In this document: piece by piece, positions 10,463 to 20,254 of the stretch
Layout of the letters: every line of letters starts with the position of its first letter
How positions within the stretch are numbered: the first letter of the stretch is position 1
Source: an uncultured Gammaproteobacteria bacterium
GTDB lineage: Bacteria > Patescibacteriota > Microgenomatia > JALYQM01
NCBI GenBank assembly: GCA_964535655.1
Contig: CAZHTP010000001.1
Coordinates: 186,862 to 250,861, forward strand
Length of the DNA: 64,000 bases
Direction of reading: 5' to 3'
Translations under genes and position numbers: made by a program
Notes under the pieces: generated by a model
What the model saw: the letters and a program-made list of their open reading frames with translations, nothing else
The model's database searches: none
Told to the model about the DNA's origin: nothing

Positions 10463-11788
10463 ATGCTACATGTTAAAAACAAAAGAATAACAGTAATGGG
10501 TTTGGGTTTTCATCAAGGTGGTGAAGGTGTTGCTCGTTATTTAGCAGAACAAGGTGCTCTGGTCACTGTTACCGATGTTAATCCTGCAGAAAAGATGTAT
10601 GGAGCGGTGGAGCGGCTGCAGGATCTTCCTATACTATTTGTTTTAGGACGTCATGATGAGAAAGATTTTATTGATTCGGATATGATTGTGCGTAATCCTG
10701 GTGTTCCCCATACCTCTCCCTTTTTACAAATTGCTCGAGATCACCATGTTCCCGTTGAAATGGAATCCAGTTTATTTTTTAAGTTATCTCCCTCTCGAAA
10801 CATTGTTGCTGTTACCGGGACTAAGGGAAAATCTACTACTTCGCATCTGGCAGCATTTGTAACAGAGTTTTGCGGTAGAAAAACTCATTTGATGGGAAAT
10901 CTCGTTAAAAGTATGCTTGGAGAGCTTAATTCAATTTCGCCAGACTCAGTTGTAGTGCTTGAGCTTTCCAGCTATCAATGTGAAGGATTTTCTCCTTATA
11001 TTGAAGAAATGAGAAAAAATAGTTTGGGTCCGCAGTATAGTATCATTACTAATCTGTATCCGGATCATCTGAATCGATACCATTCGATGGAGGAATATGC
11101 AGCGGCTAAAAAGCAGTTACTATTGACTCAAAGTCGTAATCAAACTGCTATTTTAAATTCGGAGAATGATTGGGGAACCTTTTTTAGAAAAGACGTGTTG
11201 CCGTATGTAGAATGGTACGATTCGCATACTATACCGGAAGATTGGAAATTACGCTTGCTTGGTCGCCATAATAGACTAAACGCGGGGGCAGTGTTACGAA
11301 TGGCAGAAAGAATGGCTTTAGATGATCTTAAAGTGAAGGAAGCGATCTGTTCATTCCCTGGTGTTGAACATAGACTAGAATACGTGCGCACAATTGAGAG
11401 GGTCGATTTTTACAATGATACTACCGCAACTAACCCGAGTGCAGCTATTGAGGGAATTAAAACTATTCAGGGCTTAGGTAAGCGGATTGTGCTTTTGGCT
11501 GGTGGAAATGATAAAGGAATGGATTTTACTGGTTTTGTCGATTTAATTAATAATGCACATATACGAACTGTTTTATTACAGGGTAGTGCTAATGAAAAAC
11601 TGCGAGGAATACAAAATGACTTAGTAGTCGGTTCGTATACTGATTATGAAGAAGCAATTAGAGTCGCTTTTTCGGAAAGTGATGGGGAAGGTATTGTGTT
11701 GTTATCACCTGGTGCTACTAGTTTTAATATGTTTAAAGACGAGTTTGATCGTGGAAAGCAGTTTAAAGAGATAGTACACAATTTATGA
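10463..11788 (+). CDS. murD: UDP-N-acetylmuramoylalanine--D-glutamate ligase (MurD)
   Basis: N-terminal Rossmann region (ITVMGLG..GALVTVTD), P-loop VTGTKGKSTT, C-terminal SPGATSFNMFKDEFDRG. Confidence 0.85.
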   Translation: MLHVKNKRITVMGLGFHQGGEGVARYLAEQGALVTVTDVNPAEKMYGAVERLQDLPILFVLGRHDEKDFIDSDMIVRNPGVPHTSPFLQIARDHHVPVEMESSLFFKLSPSRNIVAVTGTKGKSTTSHLAAFVTEFCGRKTHLMGNLVKSMLGELNSISPDSVVVLELSSYQCEGFSPYIEEMRKNSLGPQYSIITNLYPDHLNRYHSMEEYAAAKKQLLLTQSRNQTAILNSENDWGTFFRKDVLPYVEWYDSHTIPEDWKLRLLGRHNRLNAGAVLRMAERMALDDLKVKEAICSFPGVEHRLEYVRTIERVDFYNDTTATNPSAAIEGIKTIQGLGKRIVLLAGGNDKGMDFTGFVDLINNAHIRTVLLQGSANEKLRGIQNDLVVGSYTDYEEAIRVAFSESDGEGIVLLSPGATSFNMFKDEFDRGKQFKEIVHNL

Positions 11789-13176
11789 AACATGTACATT
11801 TTTTAGGTATTGGTGGAAGTGGGATGAATGCTGTCGCAGGTATTGCACAAGCCTTTGGGTATACTGTCAGTGGTTGTGATATGAAGGAAAGTGAATATTG
11901 GAATGATCTTCGTACACAACATATTCCTATTACGATAGGTCATGATCCTGTTCATCTTGATGGAATCGATATTTTATGTATTACTGCCGCAGTTTTGCAC
12001 CAGAAAGATAAGCCACTTGAATACACAGAAGCGTTAGCTAAAGGAATTCCGGTGATGCAATGGCAGGAATTTTTAGGGAACGAGCTCCAGAAGAACAAGA
12101 GTGTAATTGCTATTGCTGGGACAAAGGGTAAAACTTCAACTACTGCTCTGACGGGACGACTTCTTGAAATAGCACAGAAAGACCCTATTGTTGAGGTGGG
12201 TGGTAAAGTGCTTGATTGGGGTAAAAACTATCGAGTAGGTGCAGGAGAATACTTTGTCTGTGAAGCAGATGAGTTTAATAACAATTTTTTACACTTTCAT
12301 CCTGAGATTGCTGTAGTTACAAATATTGAAATGGATCATCCCGAGTTTTTTAACTCTGAAGATGAATATAATTTGGCTTTTTTACATTTTGTACAAAAAC
12401 TTTCTGTTAGGGGGACGCTGGTTGGTAATGCTGATTCACCCGGCGTGCAATGGCTTTTGTCTCAGCTTACCGATTCTGCTTTAAAAATTGTTACGTATAG
12501 CATGAAGTCTTTGGAAAGTGATATTGCTCTTGCGTCTCTTCATACCCAGAAAGGTATGACTGAGTTTATTGTGCGAGGTTTTCAGGATTCGGACACTTCT
12601 TTTAAAACTACTTTATCGGGAATGCATACCATTTCGAATCTACTTGCGGTGATTGCTATTGCAAAAATATTGGAAATTTCACCAAGTGCTATTCAGTTGT
12701 TGCTGGATACGTTTCAGGGAACAGGGCGTCGGTTTGAATTAATTTGTGAGAAACGGGGTGTTGCCGTTTACAACGATTATGCTCATAATCCGATGTCTGT
12801 TAAGGCTGCATTGGAAGGGGCGCGTATGAAATATCCCCTTGCGCGAATTTGGGCGGTTTTCCAGCCACATATGTACACACGTACAAAATTATTCCTGGAA
12901 CAATTCGCTCATGCTTTTAGTTTTGCAAACGAGGTCATTATTTTAGAAATATTTGCATCGCGCGAGAAAGATTTACCCATATCAAAGGAGGTGGATAGCC
13001 AGATGCTTGCCAGTCGTATTTATAACGTAGACCCTCAGTTACACGTACGTTCGATAGTAGATAAGGAAAAGGCCGTGACAGTACTTCTTAGTGAGCTTAA
13101 ACCCGGGGATGTGGTTGTGAATATGGGGGCGGGGGATAATGGTATAATAGTGGAGACGTTAAAAGAGCGACTATGA
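11785..13176 (+). CDS. murC: UDP-N-acetylmuramate--L-alanine ligase (MurC)
   Basis: VHFLGIGGSGMNAVA, IAGTKGKTSTT, HNPMSV. Overlaps murD by 4 nt. Confidence 0.85.
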   Translation: MKHVHFLGIGGSGMNAVAGIAQAFGYTVSGCDMKESEYWNDLRTQHIPITIGHDPVHLDGIDILCITAAVLHQKDKPLEYTEALAKGIPVMQWQEFLGNELQKNKSVIAIAGTKGKTSTTALTGRLLEIAQKDPIVEVGGKVLDWGKNYRVGAGEYFVCEADEFNNNFLHFHPEIAVVTNIEMDHPEFFNSEDEYNLAFLHFVQKLSVRGTLVGNADSPGVQWLLSQLTDSALKIVTYSMKSLESDIALASLHTQKGMTEFIVRGFQDSDTSFKTTLSGMHTISNLLAVIAIAKILEISPSAIQLLLDTFQGTGRRFELICEKRGVAVYNDYAHNPMSVKAALEGARMKYPLARIWAVFQPHMYTRTKLFLEQFAHAFSFANEVIILEIFASREKDLPISKEVDSQMLASRIYNVDPQLHVRSIVDKEKAVTVLLSELKPGDVVVNMGAGDNGIIVETLKERL

Positions 13177-14219
13177 ACGATTATTCTCAATTTTTAGATC
13201 AATTTAAAATCATCTCTCCTAAAGAAGAGATTCTCTTAAATGAGCCGCTTGCTAAGTATACTACGTGGCGCGTGGGTGGCCCTGCGGATTTGTTTTATGA
13301 GGTGAAATCTGAATCTGAATTAATTAAGTTGGTTGGGTTAGCGCGTGAAATGAGCATCCCTTTTTTTATGCTTGGTGGTGGGGCGAATATTCTTGTTGGA
13401 GATAAAGGGTACCGGGGATTGGTAATTAAAAATGCAATTCAAGAATACACAAAAATAGAAATGCCTGAAAGTTGGAAAGAGCATAGTACTGGTATTGCCC
13501 GCCATGCTGCAGTACATTTTCACTATTATGACGATACTGAAAATGCTAGTTATGGAGCAGATACGGTATTTTATGAGGTCTCGGGTGGGTATTCCATGCC
13601 TCATTTTATTCGAGATATGTTTAAAGAAGGGAATACCGGTCTTGAATGGTTTGTGCGTATTCCTGGGACGCTTGGTGGCTGGATATATAACAATGTGCAT
13701 GGTCATACAATTTTCATTGGTGACTTTATTCATTCGGTACGAATCCTAACAGAGAATAATCAGATTGTAGAGAAATTTTGGAATGAATTAGATTTTGGAT
13801 ATGATTATTCAGTATTTCATACGAACAAAGACATTGTTCTTAGTGCACAGTTGCGATTGTTTAAAGGTAATGTCAAAAAAGCACAGGAAGTAGCAAAAAG
13901 TGTACTCGTTAAAAAGAATGAACACCAGCCAGCAAATAGCGCTGGATGCGTGTTTCATAATGTTTCAGCCGAAGATAAAGAGCGATGTAGTTTTGAAAGT
14001 GATGCAGTTGGCTATGTAGTTGATAAAAAATTTGGATGGCTTGGACAGCAGCGAGTGGGGGGCGCGTGGATTTCTGTAAAGCATGGAAACTTTATTGAAA
14101 CGGATGGAACTGCAACAGCACACGATGTTTTAGCTGTGATGGATGTTATTAAAAAAGAATTTAAAACTAGATACAATATTGATATTAAAGAAGAAGTTTT
14201 TAGAGTAGGAGAATTCTAA
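13173..14219 (+). CDS. murB: UDP-N-acetylenolpyruvoylglucosamine reductase (MurB), long form with insertions
   Basis: LAKYTTWRVGGPADLF and FMLGGGANIL FAD-binding motifs. 348 aa against a typical length of about 300. Overlaps murC by 4 nt. Confidence 0.8.
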   Translation: MNDYSQFLDQFKIISPKEEILLNEPLAKYTTWRVGGPADLFYEVKSESELIKLVGLAREMSIPFFMLGGGANILVGDKGYRGLVIKNAIQEYTKIEMPESWKEHSTGIARHAAVHFHYYDDTENASYGADTVFYEVSGGYSMPHFIRDMFKEGNTGLEWFVRIPGTLGGWIYNNVHGHTIFIGDFIHSVRILTENNQIVEKFWNELDFGYDYSVFHTNKDIVLSAQLRLFKGNVKKAQEVAKSVLVKKNEHQPANSAGCVFHNVSAEDKERCSFESDAVGYVVDKKFGWLGQQRVGGAWISVKHGNFIETDGTATAHDVLAVMDVIKKEFKTRYNIDIKEEVFRVGEF

Positions 14220-14239
14220 CTTCCCAAAGAATTATTTGT

Positions 14240-15559
14240 ATGGATAAATTTATCATTAAGGGTGGTAACCCACTTATTGGAACCGTTCGTGTTTCGGGTG
14301 CGAAGAATTGTGCGCTTAAAGTAGTTGTAGCTGGGCTTTACTCTGAGGAACCAATAGTACTGCAAAATATGCCAAATTTGAGGGATACTAGAGTTATGCT
14401 ACAAATTTTACAAGATTTTGGAGCTGAGACGACTTTTGTCGGAAACACCGTTACGGTTCGAGCCAAAACATTAATTTCTAATGAAGTTTCACTTGAAAAT
14501 GCATCAAAATGTAAAACAGCTACACTCGCATTTGGCCCTTTGCTGAATTTGACAGGTGAGGCGCATATTCCTGATCCAGGTGGAGATAAAATAGGGAAAC
14601 GGCCTATTGATCGATATATTGATGGACTTCGAGCTTTAAGCGCTACGGTTGAATATAAAGATGGATGTTTTCATGCGTTCGCACCTAATGGACTGCGTGG
14701 CAATACATTTCGGTTTGTTAAAAACACCCATGTTGGAACTGAGATGATGCTTTTAGCGACAGTTTGTGCTAAAGGGCGTAGCATTATTGAGAATGCGGCG
14801 CAGGAGCCTGAAATTGATGATTTAATTAGTCTTCTGAATAAAATGGGAGGCGATATCGTACGCACAAATCCTCGAACAATCCGAATTAACGGTGTTGCTT
14901 CTTTGCATGGCGCTAAGCATTCAATTCTTGGTGATCGTTTAGAGGCGGCAACTTTTATATGCGCTGCTATGGCAACTAAAGGAAAGATTGAGCTTGAAGG
15001 AATTGATTGGACAATTATGTCTGCTTTTTTAAATAAAGTAGAGGAATCGGGATGGCATTATGAGATTACCAAAAATGGACTGAAGGTTTTTGGTGACAGG
15101 ATAAAAGCTACCGAAGTAACTACTGAGATTTATCCGGGATTTAACACCGATTGCCAATCTCCATGGTGTGTCGCCATGACTCAAGCAGAAGGCACTTCAA
15201 TCATTCATGAGACAATTCATGAAGCTCGTTTTGGTTATGTAAAGGAATTGCATAAAATGGGTGCAGATATTGAATTATATCGCCCAGAGGTAACAAATCC
15301 AGATGAGATGTATAATTTTAATTTAACTGACGATCGTCCTGATCATCCTCATGCGGCTAGAATTTCTGGACCGAGTCACTTACATTCGGCAGAAGTTGAT
15401 GCAGGAGATATTCGTGCAGGTGCAACTTTAGTAATTGCTGCATTGTGTGCAGAAGGGGCAAGTATGGTACATGGTGTGCATCATATTGAGCGTGGGTACG
15501 AGCGATTTGTTGAGCGATTTGTTTCCCTTGGTGCCCAGATTGAAGTAGTTGGAGAATAG
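14240..15559 (+). CDS. murA: UDP-N-acetylglucosamine 1-carboxyvinyltransferase (MurA)
   Basis: IKGGNPLIGTVRVSGAKN. 439 aa, EPSP synthase/MurA fold. Confidence 0.9.
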   Translation: MDKFIIKGGNPLIGTVRVSGAKNCALKVVVAGLYSEEPIVLQNMPNLRDTRVMLQILQDFGAETTFVGNTVTVRAKTLISNEVSLENASKCKTATLAFGPLLNLTGEAHIPDPGGDKIGKRPIDRYIDGLRALSATVEYKDGCFHAFAPNGLRGNTFRFVKNTHVGTEMMLLATVCAKGRSIIENAAQEPEIDDLISLLNKMGGDIVRTNPRTIRINGVASLHGAKHSILGDRLEAATFICAAMATKGKIELEGIDWTIMSAFLNKVEESGWHYEITKNGLKVFGDRIKATEVTTEIYPGFNTDCQSPWCVAMTQAEGTSIIHETIHEARFGYVKELHKMGADIELYRPEVTNPDEMYNFNLTDDRPDHPHAARISGPSHLHSAEVDAGDIRAGATLVIAALCAEGASMVHGVHHIERGYERFVERFVSLGAQIEVVGE

Positions 15560-15574
15560 TTCTATCATGAATAT

Positions 15575-15967
15575 ATGCGTCGACGATTTAGACATCATAC
15601 TGCTTCCATAAAGAATGCCTTAAATGGTATCTTTTGGGTATTTTATACTCAGCCCAATTTTCAATTGCACGTTCTGGCAGGGTTTTTAATATTAGTTGCG
15701 GCATATATTTTAGCTATTCCTTTTGGAGAGTGCGCAATTCTTATCTTAACGGTGGTGTTTGTGTTAGTATGTGAGCTTATCAATACTGCTCTTGAGGCGT
15801 TTGTCGATTTACTTAGTTCAGAATGGCAGGGCCAAGCTAAAGTAGCTAAGGACGTATCCGCAGGAATGGTGCTTGTTGCTGCAATTGGCGCAGTGATAGT
15901 AGGATTATTTATTTTTGTTCCTCATGTTGTGCAGTTAGTTTATTATTTTTGGTATATGGATTTATAG
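15575..15967 (+). CDS. dgkA: Diacylglycerol/undecaprenol kinase DgkA family
   Basis: 130 aa with 3 TM helices and the ELINTALEAFVDL..AKD motif. Confidence 0.75.
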   Translation: MRRRFRHHTASIKNALNGIFWVFYTQPNFQLHVLAGFLILVAAYILAIPFGECAILILTVVFVLVCELINTALEAFVDLLSSEWQGQAKVAKDVSAGMVLVAAIGAVIVGLFIFVPHVVQLVYYFWYMDL

Positions 15968-15968
15968 T

Positions 15969-16964
15969 ATGGAGAAATTACTGGGCTTAGTTTTACTTTC
16001 ATTTTTCATCACTGCATTGCTTGTGGTACCGTTTATTGATTTACTTTACAAACTTAAATTTCGTCGAACTCGAGAAAAAGCAAAGGGTTCTGAAAAGAGT
16101 CTTTTTGATAAGCTGCATGGGCATAAAATTGGTACACCGGTAGGAGGAGGCCTGCTGGTTATTTTTGTAACCGTGCTCCTTTCTATCTTTTTGCCACCGG
16201 CTATGGGAGTTGATGGAGGAGGGCGTCTTTGGTCATTACTTTTTGCCTTGATTGGTTTTGGTATTCTAGGTCTCTATGACGATATTCATAAGTTTTTCCA
16301 ATTTAAACAAACGGGTGTTTGGGGGTTAAAAATGCGTTGGAAGTTTGTCATTCAGTGGGTTATTGGTTTGGGGTTAGGCTATCTTCTATACACGTTAGGA
16401 TATGACAATATTTATATTCCTAAGCTGGGTAACTTTTTGCTTGGCCCCGCCTACATAGCTTTTGCTGCTTTTGTTATTGTTTCTTTTTCTAATGCATTTA
16501 ATATCACTGACGGGCTTGATGGTCTAAGTGGAGGGTTGCTTATTATCTGTTTATTGGGATTTCTAGTGATTGCAAACGCTCAAGTTGACCCCACATTACA
16601 AATTTTTCTTGGGATATGGGTTGGTTCAATGTTTGCTTTCCTTTATTTTAATGTCTATCCTGCGCGTATCTGGATGGGAGATGTCGGAGCTTTGGCTTTT
16701 GGCGCAGCACTCGGTGTGGTAGCTCTTTTGACCGCTAAAGTTTTGGCTATGGCAATTATAGGGGGATTATTTATTATCGAAGTTGGTAGCTCAGCAATTC
16801 AGCTTCTTTCGCTTCGTTTTCGTAAGAAGAGAGCATTTCCTATTGCACCACTGCATTTATATTTGCAGACTATTGGTTGGGAAGAGCCGAAAGTTGTCAT
16901 GCGATTCTGGTTGATCGGTGCCATTTTTGCAATCTTTGGTGTGTGGTTGGCAACGATAAAATAA
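15969..16964 (+). CDS. mraY: Phospho-N-acetylmuramoyl-pentapeptide transferase MraY
   Basis: NITDGLDGL motif; polytopic membrane protein. Confidence 0.9.
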   Translation: MEKLLGLVLLSFFITALLVVPFIDLLYKLKFRRTREKAKGSEKSLFDKLHGHKIGTPVGGGLLVIFVTVLLSIFLPPAMGVDGGGRLWSLLFALIGFGILGLYDDIHKFFQFKQTGVWGLKMRWKFVIQWVIGLGLGYLLYTLGYDNIYIPKLGNFLLGPAYIAFAAFVIVSFSNAFNITDGLDGLSGGLLIICLLGFLVIANAQVDPTLQIFLGIWVGSMFAFLYFNVYPARIWMGDVGALAFGAALGVVALLTAKVLAMAIIGGLFIIEVGSSAIQLLSLRFRKKRAFPIAPLHLYLQTIGWEEPKVVMRFWLIGAIFAIFGVWLATIK

Positions 16965-16973
16965 TGGTATAGT
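16965..16973 (+). promoter_or_regulatory. Extended -10 TGGTATAGT, 9 nt upstream of the ftsW ATG
   Basis: Sits in the 18-nt gap after the mraY stop; no SD. Confidence 0.4.
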
Positions 16974-16982
16974 AGTACCATC

Positions 16983-18137
16983 ATGCAAGAAGAAGCTAAG
17001 TATAAGAAATATTTTATTCCCTTTTCGTTTGCTACGTGTGCCCTATTCTTATCATTGTTTGGTATCTTAATGATTTATGATGCGTCTTCATTTTCTAAAG
17101 CGCAGTCACAGATGATCTGGTTTATATTGGCGATTTGTTCTGGGCTCTTTTCTATGAGTATCGACTATCGATTTTGGAAAAAGCTTTCGTGGCCAATGTA
17201 TATTTTTTCGGTTATTTTATTGATACTCGTTCTTATCCCTGGAGTGGCTGACAAAACCCTTGGCGCGCAGCGCTGGATTCGCTTACCAGCGTTGCCATTC
17301 CTGGGGTCGGTGGGGTTTCAGCCTGCAGAAATTGCGAAAGTTTCAATGGTTGTTTTTTTTGCTTCCTGGTTTTCTAAACCTGGTCGCAAAAGAGACGGAA
17401 AGACGTTTGGTGGTTTTTTATTCTTTCTCGGAATTGTAGTTGGACTGGTTATGCTTGAGCCTGATCTCGGAACAACACTTATTACCGTTTCATCAATAAT
17501 TGTTATTTATATTTTAGCGCGTGAGCCATTGAAATATATCTACCTGTTGCTTCCAGCTATGTTTTTAGGTGTGGTAATACTTATTCTTATTGCACCTTAT
17601 CGTCTTGAGCGATTACAAAGCTATTTTCATTTCTGGAGCGATCCGTTTAACACGCCAGATAGCCTTGGTGCGACGTATCATATTCGCCAAGCAATTATAG
17701 GTATTGGCTCAGGTGGTCTGCTTGGAACCGGTCCCGGACAATCACGACAAAAGTATGGTTATTTACCCTTTGCCGAGACTGATTCTATTTTTGCTATTAT
17801 TGGGGAAGAGTTTGGTTTTTTCGGAGTCACTTTATTTTTGATTGTTTTACTCTTATTTATGCGACAGGGATTTCTTATTGCCGATCGAGCCGATGAAGAT
17901 TTTGGCCGGTTAATGGCAGCGGGTTTTATTACATGGTTTGGAGTGCAGATCTTTCTTAATATTGGGGCAATGTCGGTCCTTATCCCGTTTGCTGGAGTGC
18001 CGTTACTGTTTGTTTCCTATGGAGGTTCGGCCCTTGTTGTAGGATTTATTGCTGTCGGTATTTTAATGAATATTGCCTTTTCGACGAGTAGGAATCAAGG
18101 GATCCGAACGTCTGGCGGAGCTCGAAAACGAGGATAA
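16983..18137 (+). CDS. ftsW: SEDS peptidoglycan glycosyltransferase FtsW
   Basis: 384 aa, polytopic. Conserved SEDS segments (PDLGT, GGS..SYGGSAL). Confidence 0.85.
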   Translation: MQEEAKYKKYFIPFSFATCALFLSLFGILMIYDASSFSKAQSQMIWFILAICSGLFSMSIDYRFWKKLSWPMYIFSVILLILVLIPGVADKTLGAQRWIRLPALPFLGSVGFQPAEIAKVSMVVFFASWFSKPGRKRDGKTFGGFLFFLGIVVGLVMLEPDLGTTLITVSSIIVIYILAREPLKYIYLLLPAMFLGVVILILIAPYRLERLQSYFHFWSDPFNTPDSLGATYHIRQAIIGIGSGGLLGTGPGQSRQKYGYLPFAETDSIFAIIGEEFGFFGVTLFLIVLLLFMRQGFLIADRADEDFGRLMAAGFITWFGVQIFLNIGAMSVLIPFAGVPLLFVSYGGSALVVGFIAVGILMNIAFSTSRNQGIRTSGGARKRG

Positions 18138-18145
18138 TACCTTTT

Positions 18146-18154
18146 TGATACAAT
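18146..18154 (+). promoter_or_regulatory. Extended -10 TGATACAAT, 6 nt upstream of the murG ATG
   Basis: TACAAT at 18149-18154, ATG at 18161. Confidence 0.4.
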
Positions 18155-18160
18155 GCACCT

Positions 18161-19258
18161 ATGAGAATTGTTATTATCGGTGGTCATATTACTCCTGCTT
18201 TAGCAATGATGGAGGCTTTAAAGAAGCTTGATCCGTCGGTTGAATTTTTCTTTATCGGAAGAAAACATACGCGAGAAGGGGATACCGCGCTTTCCGCCGA
18301 ATACCTCATGATGAAGGAGAGAAGGATCCCTTCGTATACGCTTACAACGGGTCGATTACAACGTACTTTTACTCGATATACGATACCTTCACTCGCAAAA
18401 GTTCCCTATGGGTTTTTTCAGTCGATTCGTATTTTAAATAAAATTAAACCGGATCTGATCTGCTCTTTTGGAGGATATCCAGCAGTACCTGTTGTTATGG
18501 CAGGATGGTTCTTGCGAATACCGGCAATTACCCATGAACAAACTCTAATTCCAGGTTTGGCAAATAAAATTATTTCCCGCTTTGTAAAAACTATAGCGCT
18601 TTCATTTGAAGATACGAGGAAATGTTATCCGAACGTGCATACCGTGGTAACAGGGAATCCCATCCGATCTGAAGTTGCGAATCCTTTAGGAAACTTTGTA
18701 CTTAATAAAAATGGATTGCCTGTGGTTTATGTTACAGGAGGAAATCAAGGTTCACATCCGATTAATGATTTAGTATTTACCATCCTTGCGGAGTTATTAC
18801 AAATCGCCCATGTTATTCATCAGACTGGTAATGCAACATTCTTTCATGATTATGAAAAAGCTCAGGCTTTACAAATTGAGCATAAAGGAAAACATAACGG
18901 CAGTTACTTTGCTTTTGATTATGTGAAGCCTGACATCATTGGTGACGTGTTTTCTCTATCGGACGTGGTGGTAAGTCGTTCAGGTGTAAACACGCTCTGT
19001 GAGCTGCTGTTCTTGGGTAAAAAAGCAATTCTTATTCCCATACCTAACCATAAGGAACAAGAATATAACGCTGATTTTTTCTCTCAAAGCGGTCTCGGTG
19101 TTGCGTTAATGCAGGAGCGACTTACCGGGGAGAGGTTACTTAAATTAATTCAAGAAATGCTAGCCAAAAATGTTTCGACGGAAGATTTGGCGAAGGCGCG
19201 TTTAATGGCTCATCCAGATGCGGCACTTTTACTTGCTAAACTAGTTCACTCAATGTAG
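18161..19258 (+). CDS. murG: UDP-GlcNAc:undecaprenyl-PP-MurNAc-pentapeptide GlcNAc transferase MurG
   Basis: MRIVIIGGHITPALA N-terminal G-loop; GT28 two-domain length. Confidence 0.85.
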   Translation: MRIVIIGGHITPALAMMEALKKLDPSVEFFFIGRKHTREGDTALSAEYLMMKERRIPSYTLTTGRLQRTFTRYTIPSLAKVPYGFFQSIRILNKIKPDLICSFGGYPAVPVVMAGWFLRIPAITHEQTLIPGLANKIISRFVKTIALSFEDTRKCYPNVHTVVTGNPIRSEVANPLGNFVLNKNGLPVVYVTGGNQGSHPINDLVFTILAELLQIAHVIHQTGNATFFHDYEKAQALQIEHKGKHNGSYFAFDYVKPDIIGDVFSLSDVVVSRSGVNTLCELLFLGKKAILIPIPNHKEQEYNADFFSQSGLGVALMQERLTGERLLKLIQEMLAKNVSTEDLAKARLMAHPDAALLLAKLVHSM

Positions 19259-19280
19259 TAAAAATGCTATAGTTTAGGAT

Positions 19281-20216
19281 ATGCGCCATCCCAGACCTCA
19301 AAAGAAACACGCCTTTCATCGAACTCCAATAGTATCAAAATCGGCACGCAAGATCCCCATGGCAACACCGGTAAAGGGGGAGCGCAGACCATTAAAAATA
19401 TCTTTTTCAGGCATTACAATTTTCGTTAGCACTTTCTTAACGCTGCTTAAAGCGCGATTCTTGGTCTTTCTTTCAGTGTTAATTTTAGTTGTTTTTATTA
19501 TTATTTTTTTCTTTACATCACTTCTTGATATTAAAAACGTAGCATATCGATTTAAAGATGAAGCTGAAGATTGTGTGTCAGAGTCTGCGATCAAGGAGCA
19601 TTATTTCAAAAAGCCAGCAAAAGTTTGGGCTCACTATTCGTATGATGGTAGTTCTTTGAAGAAAAAGTTCCCATGCTTGGATGATGTTTCATTCAACTGG
19701 AATCCATTTAATTTCAACACTTTGTCTATTACTGTTGAATCGGCTAAACCGGTTGCTGAAATTACTATCGTCCGCATTGATGCTGCTAATCTGGGAGGCT
19801 CAAGTGATCAATATTTTATTTCTCAGGCACTTGGAGAAGAGACTGGCTATCTTACTCGTGACGGAAACTTTATTACTCTCGTTGCTAAGCCTTTTGTACC
19901 AAAGTTTAAGTATCGAATATTAAAGAATCAAAAGGTTAAAGATATTCATATATCTGTACATGAGTTGGAGAAACTTTTGCAGATACAAAAATATTTTGAA
20001 ACTGAATTTGATACTATTGCTATTCCTGATGTTGCAAGTGATGGATCGGTGCGCCTTGCTACTCCTTTACTTGAGGAAATTTATATTACATTGCATGATG
20101 ATTTAGCTGTGCAGTTGGGATCTTTACAAGCTATTTTGGAAACGTCTACAATAGATAAGAAGAAGATACATTTAATCGATTTGCGATTTGGTAACCCAGT
20201 GATAATTTTTAGGTAG
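19281..20216 (+). CDS. ftsQ: FtsQ/DivIB-like cell division protein (start may be an internal ATG near 19359)
   Basis: Basic N-terminus, one TM helix, then a POTRA-like periplasmic domain; position between murG and ftsA. Sequence similarity is weak, so the call rests partly on synteny. The extended -10 TGCTATAGT (19265-19273) lies 7 nt before the 19281 ATG. Confidence 0.5.
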   Translation: MRHPRPQKKHAFHRTPIVSKSARKIPMATPVKGERRPLKISFSGITIFVSTFLTLLKARFLVFLSVLILVVFIIIFFFTSLLDIKNVAYRFKDEAEDCVSESAIKEHYFKKPAKVWAHYSYDGSSLKKKFPCLDDVSFNWNPFNFNTLSITVESAKPVAEITIVRIDAANLGGSSDQYFISQALGEETGYLTRDGNFITLVAKPFVPKFKYRILKNQKVKDIHISVHELEKLLQIQKYFETEFDTIAIPDVASDGSVRLATPLLEEIYITLHDDLAVQLGSLQAILETSTIDKKKIHLIDLRFGNPVIIFR

Positions 20217-20254
20217 ACTTGTATCTTGGTTCAATTAGTTTTATAGTATTCAAT